Positions 38,726 through 47,530 of a stretch of DNA of 64,000 nucleotides are shown one piece after another. Where the stretch lies: positions 5,629 through 69,628 of the forward strand of contig JBGTLA010000049.1 of assembly GCA_041744375.1 (NCBI GenBank). The letters are read 5' to 3'. The stretch comes from Acidimicrobiia bacterium. GTDB taxonomy: Bacteria > Actinomycetota > Acidimicrobiia > Spongiisociales > ZC4RG35. The stretch's first letter is position 1. Each line of letters opens with the position of its first letter. The notes below the pieces were generated by a model that saw only the letters and a list, made by a program, of their open reading frames with translations, ran no database searches and was not told the DNA's origin. A program made the translations under genes and the position numbers.

Positions 38726-41299
38726 ATGGCCATGAACCCGGAAAAGCTCACCGCCAAGAGTCAGCAGGCTCTGTTGGAGGCTCGTGACGCCGCCGTGGCA
38801 CATGATCACGCCGGGATCGGCTCGGTTCATCTGGCCTTGGCCTTGCTCGGGCAAACCGACGGCCTCGTCTACCCCCTCCTCCAGAAGGTGGGTGCCGCCC
38901 CCGTCGATTTGCGGCGAGCTCTCGAGGAGGTGGCCGACCGCATCCCCAAGGTGTATGGGGGATCGCAGCCCGAGATGACGCCCGAGTTGTCCCAGGTTCT
39001 CGCCGCGGCCGATCGCTTCCGCACCGAGATGCGAGATGACTACTTGTCTGTGGAGCATCTGATCTTGTCCCTGGCCGAGGCGAAAGGTCCGGTGGGAGAC
39101 GCCTTCCGCGCCCAGGGCATGACGGCGGACGCCATACGGGCCGCCCTGGTCGAGGTGAGGGGCAGTCAGCGTGTCACCTCGGCCGACCCGGAGTCGACCT
39201 TCAACGCCCTCGACCAATATGGCCGCGACCTCACCGAGCAGGCTCGTAAAGGCAAGCTCGACCCTGTCATCGGGCGCGATGACGAGATCCGTCGGGTCAT
39301 ACAGGTGCTGTCACGGCGGACCAAGAACAACCCCGTCCTCATCGGCGAGCCGGGAGTGGGTAAGACGGCCATCGTCGAAGGCCTGGCCGGGCGTATCGCC
39401 GACGGTGATGTGCCCGAAGGACTGAAGACGAAGCGTATCGTGGCCCTCGACCTGGGAGCCTTGGTGGCCGGGGCCAAATACCGGGGGGAGTTCGAAGAGC
39501 GCCTCAAAGCGGTTCTCGACGAGATCAAGTCCTCTGATGGTGAAGTGATCACCTTCATCGACGAAATGCACACCCTGGTCGGGGCCGGGGCGGCGGAGGG
39601 GTCGATGGATGCCTCCAACATGCTCAAGCCGATGCTCGCTCGCGGCGAGCTGCGCATGATCGGCGCCACCACCCTCGACGAGTACCGCAAGTACGTCGAG
39701 AAGGATGCCGCCCTGGAACGCCGCTTCCAGCCGGTCATGGTCGAGCCACCGTCGACCGAGGACACCATCGGAATCCTGCGGGGCCTCAAGGAGCGTTACG
39801 AGGTGCATCACGGCGTTCGCATCACGGATGCTGCCTTGGTGGCGGCGGCAGTGTTGTCCGACCGCTACATCACCGCCCGGTTCCTGCCGGACAAGGCCAT
39901 CGATCTGATTGACGAGGCAGCGTCACGTCTGCGCATCGAGATCGACTCCATGCCCGAGGAGATCGACGAGCTCACCCGGCGACGCATCCAGCTGGAGATC
40001 GAACGCGAAGCCCTGCGCAAGGAGTCCGACGACCGTTCCAAGGAGCGGCTTGCCGATCTGGAACGGGAACTGGCCGATATCTCCGAGGAGATCGACGCCC
40101 TCACTGCCCGGTGGGATCGAGAGAAAGAAGCCATCGCTGCGATTCGAGAGGCCAAACAACAGATCGAGGACACCAAGGCGCAGGCTGAGCGGGCCGAACG
40201 CGCCGGCGACCTCCAGCAGGCCGCCGAGTTGCGCTACGGCCGTCTCCGTGAGCTGGAGGGCGAGCTTTCCCGGCGCCAGGATCAGCTGGACGAGCTCCAC
40301 AGTGAAGGTCGGATGCTCTCGGAGGAGGTCACAGACCAAGACGTTGCCGAGGTCGTGTCACGGTGGACCGGGATACCTGTCACCAAGCTGATGCAGGGCG
40401 AAATGGAAAAGCTCGTCCACCTAGAAGAGCATCTGCATCGGCGGGTCATCGGCCAGCATCAGGCGGTGGAGGCCGTGGCGAACGCAGTCCGGCGCAACCG
40501 GGCTGGTTTGGCCGATCCCCACCGGCCCATCGGCTCCTTCCTCTTCTTGGGACCGACGGGCGTCGGGAAGACCGAGTTGGCGCGGACGCTGGCGGAGTTC
40601 TTGTTCGACGATCAACGGGCCATGGTCCGCATCGACATGTCGGAGTATCAGGAACGACATTCCGTAAGCCGCCTCATAGGGGCCCCTCCCGGTTATGTCG
40701 GTTACGACGAAGGTGGACAGCTCACCGAAGCGGTGCGACGTCGCCCCTACTCTGTCGTGCTGTTGGACGAGGTGGAGAAGGCCCACTCCGATGTCTTCAA
40801 CACCCTCCTCCAACTACTCGACGATGGGCGCCTGACCGACGGTCAGGGCCGCACGGTCGATTTCACCAACGCCGTCTTGATCATGACATCGAACCTGGGC
40901 AGCGAGCACATCCAGCCCGACCTGCCCGACGAAGTGATTACCACCCGGGTGATGGAGGCCGTGCGCGGGCACTTCCGACCCGAGTTCTTGAACCGCATCG
41001 ACGATGTGGTCGTCTTCCACCGTCTCAGTCGCGAGGATCTGCGCGTCATCGTCGACCTGCAACTGGTCGAACTGCGCAAGAGGCTCGGCGACCGTCGTAT
41101 CACCCTGGAGGTGTCCGAGGCTGCCGCCGACCTCTTGGCCGAGCTGGGATTTGATCCCGTGTACGGCGCTCGCCCTCTCAAGCGCGTCATCCAAAAGCAG
41201 GTGGCCGACCCCCTGGCCATAGCCATTCTCGAAGGCCGCCACGACGACGGCTCCACCGTCACCGTCGACGCCAAGAACTCCGAACTGGTCCTCACCTGA
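38726..41299 (+). CDS. clpB: ATP-dependent chaperone/disaggregase ClpB
   Basis: 857 aa. Clp_N repeats, NBD1 Walker [10 protein letters not shown], a long coiled-coil M-domain, NBD2 GPTGVGKTE and a sensor-2 GARPLKR. Confidence 0.95.
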   Translation: MAMNPEKLTAKSQQALLEARDAAVAHDHAGIGSVHLALALLGQTDGLVYPLLQKVGAAPVDLRRALEEVADRIPKVYGGSQPEMTPELSQVLAAADRFRTEMRDDYLSVEHLILSLAEAKGPVGDAFRAQGMTADAIRAALVEVRGSQRVTSADPESTFNALDQYGRDLTEQARKGKLDPVIGRDDEIRRVIQVLSRRTKNNPVLIGEPGVGKTAIVEGLAGRIADGDVPEGLKTKRIVALDLGALVAGAKYRGEFEERLKAVLDEIKSSDGEVITFIDEMHTLVGAGAAEGSMDASNMLKPMLARGELRMIGATTLDEYRKYVEKDAALERRFQPVMVEPPSTEDTIGILRGLKERYEVHHGVRITDAALVAAAVLSDRYITARFLPDKAIDLIDEAASRLRIEIDSMPEEIDELTRRRIQLEIEREALRKESDDRSKERLADLERELADISEEIDALTARWDREKEAIAAIREAKQQIEDTKAQAERAERAGDLQQAAELRYGRLRELEGELSRRQDQLDELHSEGRMLSEEVTDQDVAEVVSRWTGIPVTKLMQGEMEKLVHLEEHLHRRVIGQHQAVEAVANAVRRNRAGLADPHRPIGSFLFLGPTGVGKTELARTLAEFLFDDQRAMVRIDMSEYQERHSVSRLIGAPPGYVGYDEGGQLTEAVRRRPYSVVLLDEVEKAHSDVFNTLLQLLDDGRLTDGQGRTVDFTNAVLIMTSNLGSEHIQPDLPDEVITTRVMEAVRGHFRPEFLNRIDDVVVFHRLSREDLRVIVDLQLVELRKRLGDRRITLEVSEAAADLLAELGFDPVYGARPLKRVIQKQVADPLAIAILEGRHDDGSTVTVDAKNSELVLT

Positions 41300-41304
41300 G
41301 TGGT

Positions 41305-41353
41305 TTCTTATGACCAAGGCGGGGCGGAATCCGCCCCGCCTTGGTCATAAGAA
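41305..41353. terminator. Perfect 23-bp-stem palindrome (bidirectional terminator candidate / repeated element)
   Basis: TTCTTATGACCAAGGCGGGGCGG-AAT-CCGCCCCGCCTTGGTCATAAGAA. It starts 6 nt after the clpB stop and overlaps the last ~15 codons of the convergent membrane-protein ORF. Its left arm recurs at 14247. Confidence 0.7.
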
Positions 41354-41934
41354 CGCGGGTCGGCCGTGGCCCAGAGCACCACGGCGCCAGCGGAGGCCAG
41401 GTGCCAGAAGCCGTGGCCTTGGAGGAGGGTGTCGGGGTCGCACCAGGGCCCGCCAGTGGCCGACAGGCGTCCCACCACCGCGCCGAGGGCGAGCAGCCCT
41501 ACCGCCAGCCATACTCGTCGAGACCGGGAGCGCCACAGGATGGCGAAGATGGCATAACCGGCGGCCAGGGCCCCGAGCGGGTCGGCCGCCCCGGGAGCCG
41601 CGGCGATGACGATGGCCAGCACCACCAGGGCGGGCCATCCGGCGGGACGTTCGAATTGGGTGCCCGAAAGTCCAGCCACCAGCAGTAGCCACACCAGGCT
41701 CACGTCGTGGGCCCAGTCGCCCCACGGTGGCATGGGCCCATGGAACACGAAGGACCCGAACCCGGTGGCGAGCAAAGCTGCCGCTACCCACCCCCGGTCA
41801 GTCCGCCAGGCCACCACCAGGCCTGCCACCACGAAAGCGAGTGTGGTGACGGTGTTGACGGGTTGGCCCCAGAACGAATCGAGGACTCGTTCACAATCGG
41901 CGATGGCGCCGGTCATGACCATGACCGTAGGCAC
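41308..41934 (-). CDS. Integral membrane protein, ceramidase/CREST-superfamily-like
   Basis: 208 aa, about 6-7 TM helices, with conserved-looking polar residues in TM context (NTVTTLAF, FHGPMPPWGDWAHD, GHGFWHL). The family call is tentative. The 3' end is encoded inside the palindrome. Confidence 0.5.
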   Translation of the reverse strand: MPTVMVMTGAIADCERVLDSFWGQPVNTVTTLAFVVAGLVVAWRTDRGWVAAALLATGFGSFVFHGPMPPWGDWAHDVSLVWLLLVAGLSGTQFERPAGWPALVVLAIVIAAAPGAADPLGALAAGYAIFAILWRSRSRRVWLAVGLLALGAVVGRLSATGGPWCDPDTLLQGHGFWHLASAGAVVLWATADPRSYDQGGADSAPPWS

Positions 41935-41969
41935 CGCGGCGAGAAAAGGGCCGCAGTAGTGTCCATTCG

Positions 41970-43016
41970 ATGGACAGGGACAAGGTGTGGGCTTTCCTCG
42001 AACGGTTCACCGGGTTCGCCTCCGGTTTCACGACAATTGGCCTGTTGGCCGTCGCCGACCGGACTGGGCTCCTGGCGGTGATGGCGGACGGCACAGCCAT
42101 GACTGCCGACGAAGGGGCGGAGCGGGCCGGGGTGGACCAACGGTACGCAGCTGAGGTCATGTCGGGTCTGGCGGCAGCAGAGATCCTCGATTATGACCCG
42201 GGCTCGGGTACGTTTCGGCTGCCCCCCGAGCACGCCGCCGTCATCGCCGACGACGACAGTCCTTACTCGATGGGGGGCTGGCTCGACATGCTCCCGGCCC
42301 TGACGGAACGACTTCCCGAGCTGACCTCTGTTGCTCGAACGGGCGAAGGCGTCCCGGCATGGGCCTACGATGAGCGGGTGGTGGCTGGGGTCGATCGGGC
42401 CAACAGTCCCGGCCTCCGCATCCTGCTCACCCGTCGCTGGCTCCCGACGATGCCCGACGTCGTGGAGCGGTTGGTGCAGGGTGGGCGCGTGGCCGACATC
42501 GGATGCGGGTCGGGTACTGCTGCCGTGGCCATGGCTGCTGCGTTTCCCGCCACCGAGGTTGTGGGCATCGATATCGACGAGCGGGCGATCGATCGCGCCA
42601 ACTCCCGATCCGAGGACTTCTCCAATGTCACCTTCGTGGTCGGCGACGCCGCCGATCTCGGTACCGATGTCCCCTTCGATCTGGTCACGGCCTTCGATGT
42701 CGTCCACGACCTCCCACGGCCGCTCGAGACACTGCGGGCGGTTCGAGATTCGCTCCAACCAGGAGGGGTCCTCTTGATGATGGAGCCGAGTGTCGCCGAC
42801 GATCTCGAGGAGAACATCAACCCACGCGCTGCACTCCTGTACGGGGTCAGTGCCATGTTTTGCATGACCCAGTCTTTGGCCGAGGGGGGCGACGGTCTCG
42901 GAGCGGCGTGGGGGCCGGGCGGGGCAAGGCAGCTCTGCCAGGAGGCCGGCTTCGGTTCCTTCCAGCGTCTCCCGATCGACAACCCGTTCAGCGCCTTCTA
43001 TCGAGTGGAGGCCTGA
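41970..43016 (+). CDS. Class I SAM-dependent methyltransferase with N-terminal winged-helix/dimerisation domain
   Basis: SAM motif I VADIGCGSGTAAVAMA, motif II VVGIDIDERAI, and post-I acidic GDAADL..FDLVTAFDVVHD. Overall O-methyltransferase-like layout. Confidence 0.75.
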   Translation: MDRDKVWAFLERFTGFASGFTTIGLLAVADRTGLLAVMADGTAMTADEGAERAGVDQRYAAEVMSGLAAAEILDYDPGSGTFRLPPEHAAVIADDDSPYSMGGWLDMLPALTERLPELTSVARTGEGVPAWAYDERVVAGVDRANSPGLRILLTRRWLPTMPDVVERLVQGGRVADIGCGSGTAAVAMAAAFPATEVVGIDIDERAIDRANSRSEDFSNVTFVVGDAADLGTDVPFDLVTAFDVVHDLPRPLETLRAVRDSLQPGGVLLMMEPSVADDLEENINPRAALLYGVSAMFCMTQSLAEGGDGLGAAWGPGGARQLCQEAGFGSFQRLPIDNPFSAFYRVEA

Positions 43017-43129
43017 ACTCGAGTCAGCCTTGGCGTTGGGCCCTTTTCGGCTCTTGTTCATGAGTGAAGATGAGAATCCTCTCATCGTTTTCTCATGCCT
43101 GGCTCACCGGGCGGCTAGAGGATGTGTCC

Positions 43130-44368
43130 ATGTCGTCGGTTCACCCGCGCACCGCCGCGATCACAGATCCAGACCTGCCGGTCGTGGCGACCCTGCTCGG
43201 TGCCTCCCCTCCCATGGCCCTGCGAGCAGCGGTCGCCACGACCGGCGGAGACATCGTGTCGTCGCATCCCACCCAGGTCACTTGGTGGCCCGGGTCCAGC
43301 ATCACCGTTCGCTACCAGGTGCTGATCGAAGGTGGTGAACTCGACGGTGAGGGGGATTTCGTGGCAACGTCCGGCTCAATACCCTCGGGTGTTCTCGAGG
43401 TCGAGGCCGATGGGATGCGAGTCGGGGTGTGGCGCGTTCCTCACGATCCGGTCCTGCGGGGGATGCCTGCGGCTCTCGACCCCGGACGTGTCGGTGCCCT
43501 CCTCGATGGCCTGGGTGTGCCGGGAGGTCCGGTCAAGATCGCCCTGCGAGCATATAGACCGAAACGGCGAGCGGTAGTCGCCGTCGGTGGCCGGCGCCAT
43601 GGCCTGTACCTCAAGCTGGTGCGGCGCAGCAAAGTAGAGAACCTCCACCGCCACCACACCTTTCTGTCCGAGGGCCTCCCTGTGCCGGCCAGCCTCGGCT
43701 TCTCCGATACGCTCGGGATCGTTGCTCTCCAGGCGATTTCGGGATCTACGCTGCGACGGGCACTCGACGATCCCGCCGCCACCCTGCCCTCACCGGAAGC
43801 GATCGCCGGGCTGATCACGGATCTCCCCGAGCCGGCCGGCCAACAGCAGGCACCATCGGCCATAGACCGTCTGCCCAGCGTTGCCCGACTCATCGGCGCC
43901 CTCGTTCCGGACCACGCTGAACGAGCCGAACGTCTCGTGGAGGCGATCGGGCCTGAAGACGTTCCAGCTCACGTCCCGGTACACGGCGACTACTACGAGG
44001 CACAGGTGATGGTGCACAACGGCCAAGTCGTGGGCCTGCTCGATGTCGACACGTACGGGTGGGGTCGCCCCGCCGACGACCCCGCCACGATGCTCGGCCA
44101 CCTGGATCTGTGGCGAACCCTATCGCGCCAGGGAGAGCGGGTAGGCAAGTACGCCGCGAGCCTCCTGAACCTATGGGACAGCGTCTATGACCCTGTCGAT
44201 CTTCGCCGTCGCGTAGCAGCCGTCCTCCTGACGATGGCGCCGGGTGCCTTCCGGGTTCAGACCGCCGACTGGCCCTCGGAGACCATTGCCCGTATCGACA
44301 TGGCGGAACGGTGGATCGAGAGCGCTGACCGGGTACATAAGAGCGATCTCATTGCCTTCTCAGGCTGA
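43130..44368 (+). CDS. Aminoglycoside-phosphotransferase-fold (APH/choline-kinase-like) kinase
   Basis: Catalytic-loop-like VPVHGDYYEAQVMV and Mg-binding LLDVDTYGWGRPADD. ATG 43130 has GAGGA 7 nt upstream. Confidence 0.65.
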   Translation: MSSVHPRTAAITDPDLPVVATLLGASPPMALRAAVATTGGDIVSSHPTQVTWWPGSSITVRYQVLIEGGELDGEGDFVATSGSIPSGVLEVEADGMRVGVWRVPHDPVLRGMPAALDPGRVGALLDGLGVPGGPVKIALRAYRPKRRAVVAVGGRRHGLYLKLVRRSKVENLHRHHTFLSEGLPVPASLGFSDTLGIVALQAISGSTLRRALDDPAATLPSPEAIAGLITDLPEPAGQQQAPSAIDRLPSVARLIGALVPDHAERAERLVEAIGPEDVPAHVPVHGDYYEAQVMVHNGQVVGLLDVDTYGWGRPADDPATMLGHLDLWRTLSRQGERVGKYAASLLNLWDSVYDPVDLRRRVAAVLLTMAPGAFRVQTADWPSETIARIDMAERWIESADRVHKSDLIAFSG

Positions 44369-44422
44369 TCTCACGGGCCCGTCGCATAGTCGCCTTTGTT
44401 CGATGCTTTGAAAGGAGCAGAA

Positions 44423-44887
44423 ATGCAGACCAGGAACCAGTGGAAACGACCGAAGGACTGGAAGGTCGTGTCGGCGGTTGCCGCCGCCTCAGCGCTCGGA
44501 CTCAGCGGATTGGCGTTGGCCGGGCCAGGCGACAACCGCGATGATCCCAGCGCTATCGACCTACGGGAGCGCACCCAGGTGACGGATGTGACCCAGGTGA
44601 CAGTGGCCAGCACGGTGCCTTCCACCGTGGTCGACGCCCTGAGGAGGGTGGCGGACTCTGGCTTCAGCGCCTCACCCGACTCTCCGTTCGATTCCCCGTC
44701 GCTGGATTCGCCGTCGCCGGATTCGCCGTCGCTGGATTCGCCGTCGCCGGATTCGCCGTCGCCGGATTCGCCGTCGCCGGATTCGCCGTCGCCGGATTCG
44801 CCGTCGCCGGACTCGTGGTCGGCCGATTCGTCGATCGATTCATGGTCGGCGGACTCGTCCATGGACTCGGGCTCGGCCGACTCCTGA
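44423..44887 (+). CDS. Secreted acidic repeat protein with (D-S-P-S-P/L) pentapeptide array
   Basis: AAAGGAG Shine-Dalgarno and a signal peptide (KVVSAVAAASALGLSGLALAGPG). C-terminal DSPSLDSPSPDSPSLDSPSPDSPSPDSPSPDSPSPDSPSPDSWSADSS. The opposite-strand ORF 44371..44892 lacks a Shine-Dalgarno and a signal peptide. Confidence 0.65.
   Translation: MQTRNQWKRPKDWKVVSAVAAASALGLSGLALAGPGDNRDDPSAIDLRERTQVTDVTQVTVASTVPSTVVDALRRVADSGFSASPDSPFDSPSLDSPSPDSPSLDSPSPDSPSPDSPSPDSPSPDSPSPDSWSADSSIDSWSADSSMDSGSADS
44690..44809 (+). repeat. 15-bp tandem repeat, 8 near-identical units (GATTCGCCGTCGCCG), inside the repeat-protein gene
   Basis: Units start at 44690, 44705, 44720, 44735, 44750, 44765, 44780 and 44795. 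Five consecutive units (44735-44809) are identical. Degenerate units follow to about 44870. Confidence 0.95.
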
Positions 44888-44981
44888 GTCATTCCCCTGG
44901 TGTCGTTGCTTTATTCGCACCGACTCGCCCGGCACCAGGGGACCCCTAACCTCATATGCACCCACCTAGGTCGAGATCATC

Positions 44982-45443
44982 ATGAAGGGCCTTCGCATCC
45001 TCGCCGGTATCGCAGCCGTGGCAGTCGTCACGGTCGGGGTGCTCAGTTTCGGCCAGGTCGAGGCGCCGGCTCTTCCTCCTCCTGTGACGCTCAGGGCGGG
45101 AACGTCCCCAACGACCCCGCATCTCAATGACCTCGTCATCGTTCCGCCTCCTGTCTACGACCCCCAGTCGTCGCTCCATCCGGGGAACGGATCGGTGCCA
45201 CCGATCTCGGCTCAGTCGGCCGACTCGCCCGACGACGTGACCACTACGACGACCTTCCCCCCAGTCGGGGCCGACAGCGAATCTCTCGACAGTCCGGACG
45301 AAGACGGTCCGGACGAAGTCGCGCCCAGCGCGCCGCCGGCGGACGAGGTCGACGAAAGCGATCATTCACCCGACAGCATCGAAGCAGCCGACAGCGTCGA
45401 CTCGCCCGACGGTAGCGACTCGCTCGACAGCCCAGATGATTGA
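44982..45443 (+). CDS. Secreted acidic Pro/Asp/Ser-rich protein (paralogous in composition to 44423..44887)
   Basis: Signal/anchor MKGLRILAGIAAVAVVTVGVLSF and a Pro-rich middle. The C-terminal tail is SADSPDD...DSESLDSPDEDGPDE...DSVDSPDGSDSLDSPDD. Its 3' end overlaps the histidine-kinase start by 8 nt. Confidence 0.6.
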   Translation: MKGLRILAGIAAVAVVTVGVLSFGQVEAPALPPPVTLRAGTSPTTPHLNDLVIVPPPVYDPQSSLHPGNGSVPPISAQSADSPDDVTTTTTFPPVGADSESLDSPDEDGPDEVAPSAPPADEVDESDHSPDSIEAADSVDSPDGSDSLDSPDD

Positions 45444-46863
45444 GCGGTGGCGTCAGCCTCCCACAGCTCGTACCCGGATCCTTGGCTGGTATGTGCTGTT
45501 GCTGGCGCTGGCGCTTGCCGCTGCCCTCTTCCTCCAGCGGTCGTTTCTCTTGGCGCAAGCCGTCCTCGATGCCGACCGGGGAATGGATCAGGAAGTGAGC
45601 GAGCTCCGACAATTGGTGGAGGTAGGGATCGACCCCGAAACAGCTGAACCCTTCGGCGAAGATCTTGCCTCGGTGTTCGTGACCTTCCTGGAGCGAAACG
45701 TCCCGCTGGCCGGCGAGGCGATCTTCACGATCATCGACGGCGAGCCATTCGTCCGGGACCGGGCCGGAGATGCCTTCGCCGACTCAGAACTGGAACAGAG
45801 ATGGCTCGAGGTCACGGATCCCGTGCGCGATGAGGCTGTGACCGACATCGGGACGATCCGGTACCTGGCCGTTCCCATGGTGTTCGAAGGGGAGCAGCAA
45901 GGTGTGTTCGTCGTCACGTTCAACATGGATGAGCGGCTGGCTCAGATCGACGAAGTCGTCAGGGTCGGTGCACTCGTCTATGGCTCGATCTTCCTCTTCG
46001 CCTCTCTAGCCGCGTGGGTCGTGGCAGGTGGCGTGCTGAGACCGCTCCGTGTCCTCGACGAGACTGCCAATGCCATTTCCGAGTCGGACTTCTCGCGTCG
46101 CATCGACGTCGAAGGAAACGACGAGATCGCCAACCTGGCCCACACTTTCAACAAGATGCTCGATCGGTTACAGGAGGCGTTCTCCACCCAGCGACGGTTC
46201 GTGGACGATGCCGGCCACGAGCTGCGAACGCCGATCACGGTCATACGCGGCCAACTGGAATTGCTGGGCGAGGATCCCGACGAGCGACGGGACACCATTG
46301 CCTTGGTGACAGACGAGCTCGATCGCATGTCGCGCATCGTGGAAGACCTGTTGGCGCTGGCCAAGGCCGAACAACCCGACTTCGTGAACATCCACCCGAT
46401 CGACCTCGCCGAGTTCGTCGAAGGCCTCGCCGCCAAAGGTTCGGCTTTCTCAGAGCGTCCGGTCTCGGTCGAATCGGCCCAACAGGTCGTATTCGAAGGA
46501 GACGAGCAGAGGCTCACCCAGGCAATGATGAACTTGATTCGCAATGCCATGGAACACACGCCGTCGGACGCAGCTGTGACGGTGGGAGCCGTTCTAACCG
46601 AACACGAAGTTCAGATGTGGGTCCGGGACGATGGACCGGGTATACCTTCACAAGAGCAGGGACGCATATTCGAGAGGTTCGCACGGGGGCGTGACGGGAG
46701 GCGCTCGACCGAGGGTGCCGGCCTCGGGCTGGCCATCGTCAAGGCCATCGCCGAAGGGCACGGAGGTCGAGTGGGTGTGGAGAGTGGCCCGGGGGGAACG
46801 ACATTCACGATCGCCGTGCCCGCCCAACCCGATGGACAGAGTGGAGAGGATGGCGCCACATGA
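45436..46863 (+). CDS. Sensor histidine kinase (2 TM, extracytoplasmic domain, HAMP, HisKA, HATPase_c)
   Basis: H-box FVDDAGHELRTPITVI, N-box LIRNAMEHT and G-boxes DDGPGI / GAGLGLAIV. HAMP segment RPLRVLDETANAISESDFSRRI. Confidence 0.9.
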   Translation: MIERWRQPPTARTRILGWYVLLLALALAAALFLQRSFLLAQAVLDADRGMDQEVSELRQLVEVGIDPETAEPFGEDLASVFVTFLERNVPLAGEAIFTIIDGEPFVRDRAGDAFADSELEQRWLEVTDPVRDEAVTDIGTIRYLAVPMVFEGEQQGVFVVTFNMDERLAQIDEVVRVGALVYGSIFLFASLAAWVVAGGVLRPLRVLDETANAISESDFSRRIDVEGNDEIANLAHTFNKMLDRLQEAFSTQRRFVDDAGHELRTPITVIRGQLELLGEDPDERRDTIALVTDELDRMSRIVEDLLALAKAEQPDFVNIHPIDLAEFVEGLAAKGSAFSERPVSVESAQQVVFEGDEQRLTQAMMNLIRNAMEHTPSDAAVTVGAVLTEHEVQMWVRDDGPGIPSQEQGRIFERFARGRDGRRSTEGAGLGLAIVKAIAEGHGGRVGVESGPGGTTFTIAVPAQPDGQSGEDGAT

Positions 46864-47522
46864 GCCGTGTCCTGATCGCAGAGGATGAGCCGGGTATTGC
46901 TTCCTTCCTCGAGAAGGGGTTGAAGGCTGCCGGCTATACCACTCTGGTGGTCGAGGATGGGCGGACCGCGGCCTATGCCGCCCGGGACCGCGACTTCGAT
47001 CTTCTCATTTTGGACTTGGGTCTCCCCGGAATGGATGGACACGCGGTTCTGGCCGAGATGCGCGCCCGCGAAGAACGCATGCCCGTCATCATCCTCACGG
47101 CTCGTAGTGGGGTATCCGAAACCGTGGCGGGGTTGGAAGGGGGGGCCGACGACTACGTCACCAAGCCCTTCCGGTTCGAAGAATTGCTGGCTCGCGTCAA
47201 GGCGAGACTGCGCGATCAGGGGACTGCGGACGTGCTCACCCTCGAGGCCGGAGGAGTGGTACTCGACCTCCGCACGCGCCGGGCGTCAGTGGGAGGGCGG
47301 GAAATCGAGCTGTCGGCCAGAGAATTCACCCTTGCCGAGATGCTCTTTCGTCATCCAGGACAGGTGCTCTCCCGCCAGCAGATCCTGTCCCATGTCTGGG
47401 GATACGACTTCGACTCTGGTTCGAACGTGGTGGACGTGTACATCGGCTATCTCCGCCGAAAGATGGGCAAGGAGCGCATCGAGACCGTGCGGGGCATGGG
47501 CTACCGCCTCGTGGCGGAGTAG
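46860..47522 (+). CDS. OmpR-family response regulator
   Basis: Receiver VLIAEDEPG...ILDLGLPGMDG...ILTARS and winged helix ETVRGMGYRL. ATGA overlap with the kinase. Confidence 0.9.
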   Translation: MSRVLIAEDEPGIASFLEKGLKAAGYTTLVVEDGRTAAYAARDRDFDLLILDLGLPGMDGHAVLAEMRAREERMPVIILTARSGVSETVAGLEGGADDYVTKPFRFEELLARVKARLRDQGTADVLTLEAGGVVLDLRTRRASVGGREIELSAREFTLAEMLFRHPGQVLSRQQILSHVWGYDFDSGSNVVDVYIGYLRRKMGKERIETVRGMGYRLVAE

Positions 47523-47530
47523 TTTCCATC

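Noticed and set aside
44690-44870. Possible CRISPR array
   Set aside because: The repeats are only 15 bp, directly abutting with no spacers, and lie inside a coding frame. No cas genes are present in the window.
44371-44892. 173-aa minus-strand ORF with (GDGES)n repeats
   Set aside because: It is kept open only because the 15-bp repeat lacks stops on both strands. It has no Shine-Dalgarno, no signal peptide, and an implausible C-terminal part. The plus-strand gene has AAAGGAG and a signal peptide.
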